37,017 nt of DNA, taken from the IMG/VR virus record IMGVR_UViG_3300032327_000100, positions 1 through 37,017 of that record; one strand, written 5' to 3'. Shown here in pieces: positions 33,385 to 37,017 of this stretch. The position numbers and the translations under genes are program-made. The notes beneath the pieces are model-generated. The model saw only the letters and a list, made by a program, of their open reading frames with translations. It searched no databases and was not told the origin of the DNA. This DNA comes from a virus (lineage: Duplodnaviria > Caudoviricetes). How positions within the stretch are numbered: the stretch's first letter is position 1; each line of letters starts with the position of its first letter.

Positions 33385-34338
33385 ATGACATACGCACAAT
33401 ATGGAACAATAGCAGCAGCAGATTATAACGCACTAGTAGGTGGTAATCCAGTAACGGCTAACGGAACATTAAACACAGTATGGGCTACTGGTGGAACAAC
33501 TGCTGGTTACGGTCAACCTGCATTAGGTAATGTAACAGTTGGTACACAGGTCTATGCAGCAGATTGGGCTAATTTAGTAAATAAAACCGCCAATGCTGCA
33601 TCACATCAAGGCACTTCAATTACTACAGTTACTGCACCGACAGCAGGTGGAACGATAACTTATTTGTCAGCTATCCCTACTAATTTAGGAACTATCTATG
33701 CACCTAGATTAAATGCAGCTACACAGGGTAGTACTGTTGCCAATACAGCAACACTTGGTACTACTTGGACACAAGAAGCTACTTTTACACATACTGTAAC
33801 TTTTGCAAATGGTGATGCAGCAAGATATTTTTTCAATTCAGGCGGACAATTAAAAGTAACTTGCGCTCACGCTAACAGCACAGCTGGTATTAATTTATTA
33901 ATTAACAATTTAGCTAGCAATGTAGGTACTGTAGTATTAAGTTCGCCTTCAACTGGAACTATCACAATATCCGGAGTATCATTTACTGGTGTTACTAAGA
34001 TAGGAGGCGGAGGCAACGCACCTACTACTTTACCAAATAATGGTTATTATGCATTAACTACAAGCAACGCTAATGTGTTTACTCAATTAGCATCATCTGG
34101 TCCGGCAGGTTATTTAGGTACATTTATTCGTATTATTGCCAAAAGCAACGGTACACAAGGTGTCAACGGAGATTCAGGGAGTATCATCACATTATATACA
34201 ATTTGGGATGAAATTCCAGACGGCTTGACTGTTGGAACTGGAACAAGCACAACTGTAACAGTACAAGCACCTGAAACTACTTACTTAGCTAATACTTGGG
34301 GAACCATTACTGTTACTGGTTCTGCAACAGGCGCATAA
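33385..34338 (+). CDS. Thr/Gly/Ala-rich virion structural protein (fibre-associated, hypothetical)
   Basis: 317 aa with an AAGGA RBS. Motifs GYGQ, ADWANL, SHQG and ARYFFNSGG; very few charged residues. Confidence 0.6.
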   Translation: MTYAQYGTIAAADYNALVGGNPVTANGTLNTVWATGGTTAGYGQPALGNVTVGTQVYAADWANLVNKTANAASHQGTSITTVTAPTAGGTITYLSAIPTNLGTIYAPRLNAATQGSTVANTATLGTTWTQEATFTHTVTFANGDAARYFFNSGGQLKVTCAHANSTAGINLLINNLASNVGTVVLSSPSTGTITISGVSFTGVTKIGGGGNAPTTLPNNGYYALTTSNANVFTQLASSGPAGYLGTFIRIIAKSNGTQGVNGDSGSIITLYTIWDEIPDGLTVGTGTSTTVTVQAPETTYLANTWGTITVTGSATGA

Positions 34339-34362
34339 TTTTTACATCATCGTTGTATCTAT

Positions 34363-34381
34363 CTAAATACTCTTAGGAGTA
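34363..34381 (+). promoter_or_regulatory. Putative late promoter core (CTAAATA) and RBS (AGGAG) of the glycosyltransferase operon
   Basis: TAAATA at 34364-34369, AGGAG at 34375-34379, ATG at 34385. Confidence 0.55.
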
Positions 34382-34384
34382 CAT

Positions 34385-34690
34385 ATGGATACAACGATAT
34401 TAATAGCTGAAGCTAAAGCCCGGTTCAATCATAACTCAGCCAAAGCATATCTAAAAGACAAGTACGATAGTAAATTAATCGTAGCTGACCAATGCGGACT
34501 TTGGAAAGCTGACGTACAAACCATTTCTTTTTTAAGTACCATGGATGATAATTTTATCGTTCTGATGGACACATTTAACAATCCGGTAGAAGTAAATCGT
34601 GATAAACTACTTGCATTGCTCAAAGAAACATATAATAAAGTAATGCTAGAGTGGTACAAAGAATGGAAAGAGTTAGAAAGCAAAAGATGA
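34385..34690 (+). CDS. Hypothetical protein (101 aa), first gene of the coupled operon
   Basis: Strong RBS and an ATGA overlap with the next gene; helical C-terminus; no family recognised. Confidence 0.7.
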   Translation: MDTTILIAEAKARFNHNSAKAYLKDKYDSKLIVADQCGLWKADVQTISFLSTMDDNFIVLMDTFNNPVEVNRDKLLALLKETYNKVMLEWYKEWKELESKR

Positions 34691-35490
34691 GAGGGGCATT
34701 ACTTTTTGCATTCAACAGCCCAAAATATAATTACTATGAGATGGCGGTAGCAACTGCTAAACGCATTAATCACTTTTTGGGTCTACCTGTCACAATCGTA
34801 ACAGATGCTGAATCATTGCCTAAAAAACAATCATATACATTTGACAACATTATATTAGCTGACGCTGATAAAACTAATAAAAGAGACTGGGGAGTATGGT
34901 ACAATAAAGGCAGATATCGTGCATATCAATTTAGTCCGTATGACGAGACTATATTGTTAGATACTGATTATATGGTCAATTCAGACAAATTACTAAAGAC
35001 TTTTGATTTATCTACAGACTTTTGCTGCCATGACACTACTAGTTTTCTGATGCACCCAAATGCTGTACAGGAAATGTTAAGTGTATATAGTTTCAATACA
35101 TTGTGGGCAACTGTAGTCATGTTTAAGAAAACAAAAAGAGCAGAACAAATATTCAATTCTTTGGAAATGGTTCAAAATAATTTTGACCATTATGCAAACA
35201 TACATGGATTTATATCTGCAACTTTCAGAAATGATTATGGACTTACGTTAGCAACTAGAATAGCTAATGGACATACTACAACAAAAGAAGATGTTATACC
35301 ATGGAACTTACTACACGTAGGTAAGAACACTAGCGTCTATAGAAACAACGATGGTGAATATAATACAGAATATACCGTGATGTTTGACAATTGGCAAAGA
35401 AGCAAGATTCGCAAAGAATATATCAACATAAAAGATATGGACTTTCATGTTATGAACAAAGAAAACTTTATGGAGCTGATAAGTGAATAA
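34687..35490 (+). CDS. Putative GT-A (GT8-like) glycosyltransferase
   Basis: Likely start is ATG 34687 (ATGA overlap), not 34651. N-terminal beta-alpha-beta (GALLFAF...YYEMAVATAKRI...VTIVTD), SPYDETILLDTDY with DxD, NDY, and C-terminal FHVMNK. Confidence 0.7.
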   Translation: MRGALLFAFNSPKYNYYEMAVATAKRINHFLGLPVTIVTDAESLPKKQSYTFDNIILADADKTNKRDWGVWYNKGRYRAYQFSPYDETILLDTDYMVNSDKLLKTFDLSTDFCCHDTTSFLMHPNAVQEMLSVYSFNTLWATVVMFKKTKRAEQIFNSLEMVQNNFDHYANIHGFISATFRNDYGLTLATRIANGHTTTKEDVIPWNLLHVGKNTSVYRNNDGEYNTEYTVMFDNWQRSKIRKEYINIKDMDFHVMNKENFMELISE

Positions 35491-36238
35491 AGGTTTCGTC
35501 ATAATGGCTCAGGATACTGAGAGTACAAGCTATACTAGTTGTGCTGAAACATTAAAGAAAAGCATATTGAGAGTGATGCCAGATGCTAATGTAACAATCA
35601 TCACTGCTGATATGTTGCCACATGGCGATTTAGCAACTGATAGTGATTGGAAACTAGTCAATGACTGGCAAGTATATGAAGCTAGTCCATATGATTACAC
35701 AATCAAACTAGAAGCAGACATGTATATTCCACGTAATATTGACCATTGGTGGGATGTACTTAAAGATAGAGATGTGGTAGTGTCTAGCACAATACGCAAT
35801 TTTAAGCAGGAGATATCTGATATACGATTCTATCGTAGATTCATCGATGATAATAAGTTACCGGATGTTTACAATGCCATAACTTATTTTAAGAAATCAG
35901 AAGTAGCAACACAATTCTTTATGTTGGTAAAAGAAATCTTCACTAACTGGGAAGAATACAAAAAGATATTAAAATGTAATCCACAAGAACTAGCTACCAC
36001 TGATTGGGTTTATTCTATTGCTTGTCACATCATGGGAGTAGAAAATACTACATTGCCAATATTTACTGAGATGAGTATGGTGCATATGAAACAATATATC
36101 AACGGCACACCTACAGAAAATTGGACAGATACTTTTATCTATGAATGTTTACCAAATCAAATTAGAGTACAGACTGTGCCACAACAGTATCCATTTCACT
36201 ATCATGTGAAGAATTTTTGTGATAAGATAATAGTATGA
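35483..36238 (+). CDS. Putative GT-A (GT8-like) glycosyltransferase, paralog of the upstream gene
   Basis: GTG start with a GGAG RBS. KGFVIMA...YTSCAETLKKSI...VTIIT, SPYDYTIKLEADM (ExD in place of DxD), TDW, FHYHVK. Confidence 0.68.
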   Translation: MNKGFVIMAQDTESTSYTSCAETLKKSILRVMPDANVTIITADMLPHGDLATDSDWKLVNDWQVYEASPYDYTIKLEADMYIPRNIDHWWDVLKDRDVVVSSTIRNFKQEISDIRFYRRFIDDNKLPDVYNAITYFKKSEVATQFFMLVKEIFTNWEEYKKILKCNPQELATTDWVYSIACHIMGVENTTLPIFTEMSMVHMKQYINGTPTENWTDTFIYECLPNQIRVQTVPQQYPFHYHVKNFCDKIIV

Positions 36239-36570
36239 GTGCGGAAGAACATGTAATAATATGGGAAGCACCCAAACTAGAAACACCTGAATTTAGGTTA
36301 TATTATGACGAGCAGGGTAAAGTGTTATGCTACACCGGTGATAAGTCAGTTGAAGGTAATTATATCGTTATAGATGCAATGACCTTTATTGAAGCTAGAC
36401 CTGATGTTAGAGTCATTGACGGTAAAGTTTCAAGATTCAATGCAGAAGCGGTGGTACATAAATTAATGCCAAGCAATGAAGGCATTACTTGTAGTACTGA
36501 TGATATAAGCATCATAGTAGAACCAACAGAGCCTCATACTAAATGGAAATTAAAAACTTATGAGTTATGA
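36235..36570 (+). CDS. Hypothetical protein (111 aa)
   Basis: ATGA overlap upstream and 11-nt overlap downstream; no family recognised. Confidence 0.7.
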   Translation: MSAEEHVIIWEAPKLETPEFRLYYDEQGKVLCYTGDKSVEGNYIVIDAMTFIEARPDVRVIDGKVSRFNAEAVVHKLMPSNEGITCSTDDISIIVEPTEPHTKWKLKTYEL

Positions 36571-37017
36571 TATTGTTGATATGGCAGATTTAGATTGTAT
36601 CTATCTAAGCTATGACGAGCCACAGAAAGAAGAATTTTGGCTTAAGATAAAAAATATGATACCGTGGGCTAAACGAGTCGATGGGGTGAAAGGTAGCGAT
36701 GCTGCACATAAAGCAGCAGGTCTAGCAAGTGATACTGAAAGATTCATTCTAATCGACGGGGACAACATGCCTGAAGAAAATTTCTTCAATCTGCAATTAG
36801 ATTTTACTGACAAAGATGAACGATATCATCAAGCGCAGTTTCGCTGGAAAGCTGTAAACAGTATCAACGGACTACGCTACGGTAACGGTGGCATGAGTAG
36901 CTGGACAAAAACTTATGTGCGTGAAATGAAAACACACGAGAATCAAACTGATGGAGATATATCACGTATCGCTGACTTCTGTTTAGATAGCACAGATAAC
37001 TTATACTGGTCTATGCA
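36560..37017 (+). CDS. Putative GT-A-fold nucleotide-sugar transferase; 3'-truncated
   Basis: Not in the track. Open from ATG 36560 to the window end: MSYDIVDMADLDCIYLSYDEPQKEEFW...AKRVDGVKGSDAAHKAAGLASDTERFILIDGDN...INGLRYGNGG. A helix, a hydrophobic strand and a DGD (DxD) motif follow each other as in GT2-like folds. Confidence 0.62.
   Translation, partial: MSYDIVDMADLDCIYLSYDEPQKEEFWLKIKNMIPWAKRVDGVKGSDAAHKAAGLASDTERFILIDGDNMPEENFFNLQLDFTDKDERYHQAQFRWKAVNSINGLRYGNGGMSSWTKTYVREMKTHENQTDGDISRIADFCLDSTDNLYWSM

Noticed and set aside
36610-36813. 67-aa minus-strand ORF in the track
   Set aside because: Lies opposite the truncated plus-strand GT-like gene starting at 36560, which has motifs and operon coupling.
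1-37017. Stop-codon reassignment (no called gene ends in TAG)
   Set aside because: All genes, including the 20-kb ORF, read intact in the standard code with near-complete coding density. TAA bias is expected in AT-rich DNA.
1-37017. Bacterial contractile injection system (T6SS/eCIS/tailocin) rather than a phage
   Set aside because: T4-like late-promoter motifs, extended gp6 and giant wedge proteins, and dense phage-style gene packing favour a large myophage. Capsid genes are outside the window, so this is not formally excluded.

Overview
This is an AT-rich window, coded almost entirely on the + strand, from the virion-structure region of a large T4-distant myophage (probably a jumbo phage). 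It opens with a contractile-tail baseplate module: the end of a gp53-like gene, a probable gp27/GpD-like hub, a gp5-like spike, an Ala/Gly/Ser-rich repeat protein, gp25 and gp6. Next come a 6,796-aa wedge/fibre protein, an unannotated 51-aa ORF, a collar-like protein and two fibre-like proteins. The window ends in a translationally coupled operon with three GT-A glycosyltransferase-like genes. A TAAATA late-promoter-like motif precedes most genes. I found no RNA genes, CRISPR arrays or mobile elements. Two things stand out. (1) The giant protein appears to have grown by nested, Russian-doll in-frame insertion of small domains into loops of other domains, up to five levels deep. (2) A late-expressed glycosyltransferase operon sits directly after very Ser/Thr-rich fibre genes, which suggests phage-encoded virion glycosylation. 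All family assignments come from motif recognition by eye; no searches were run.
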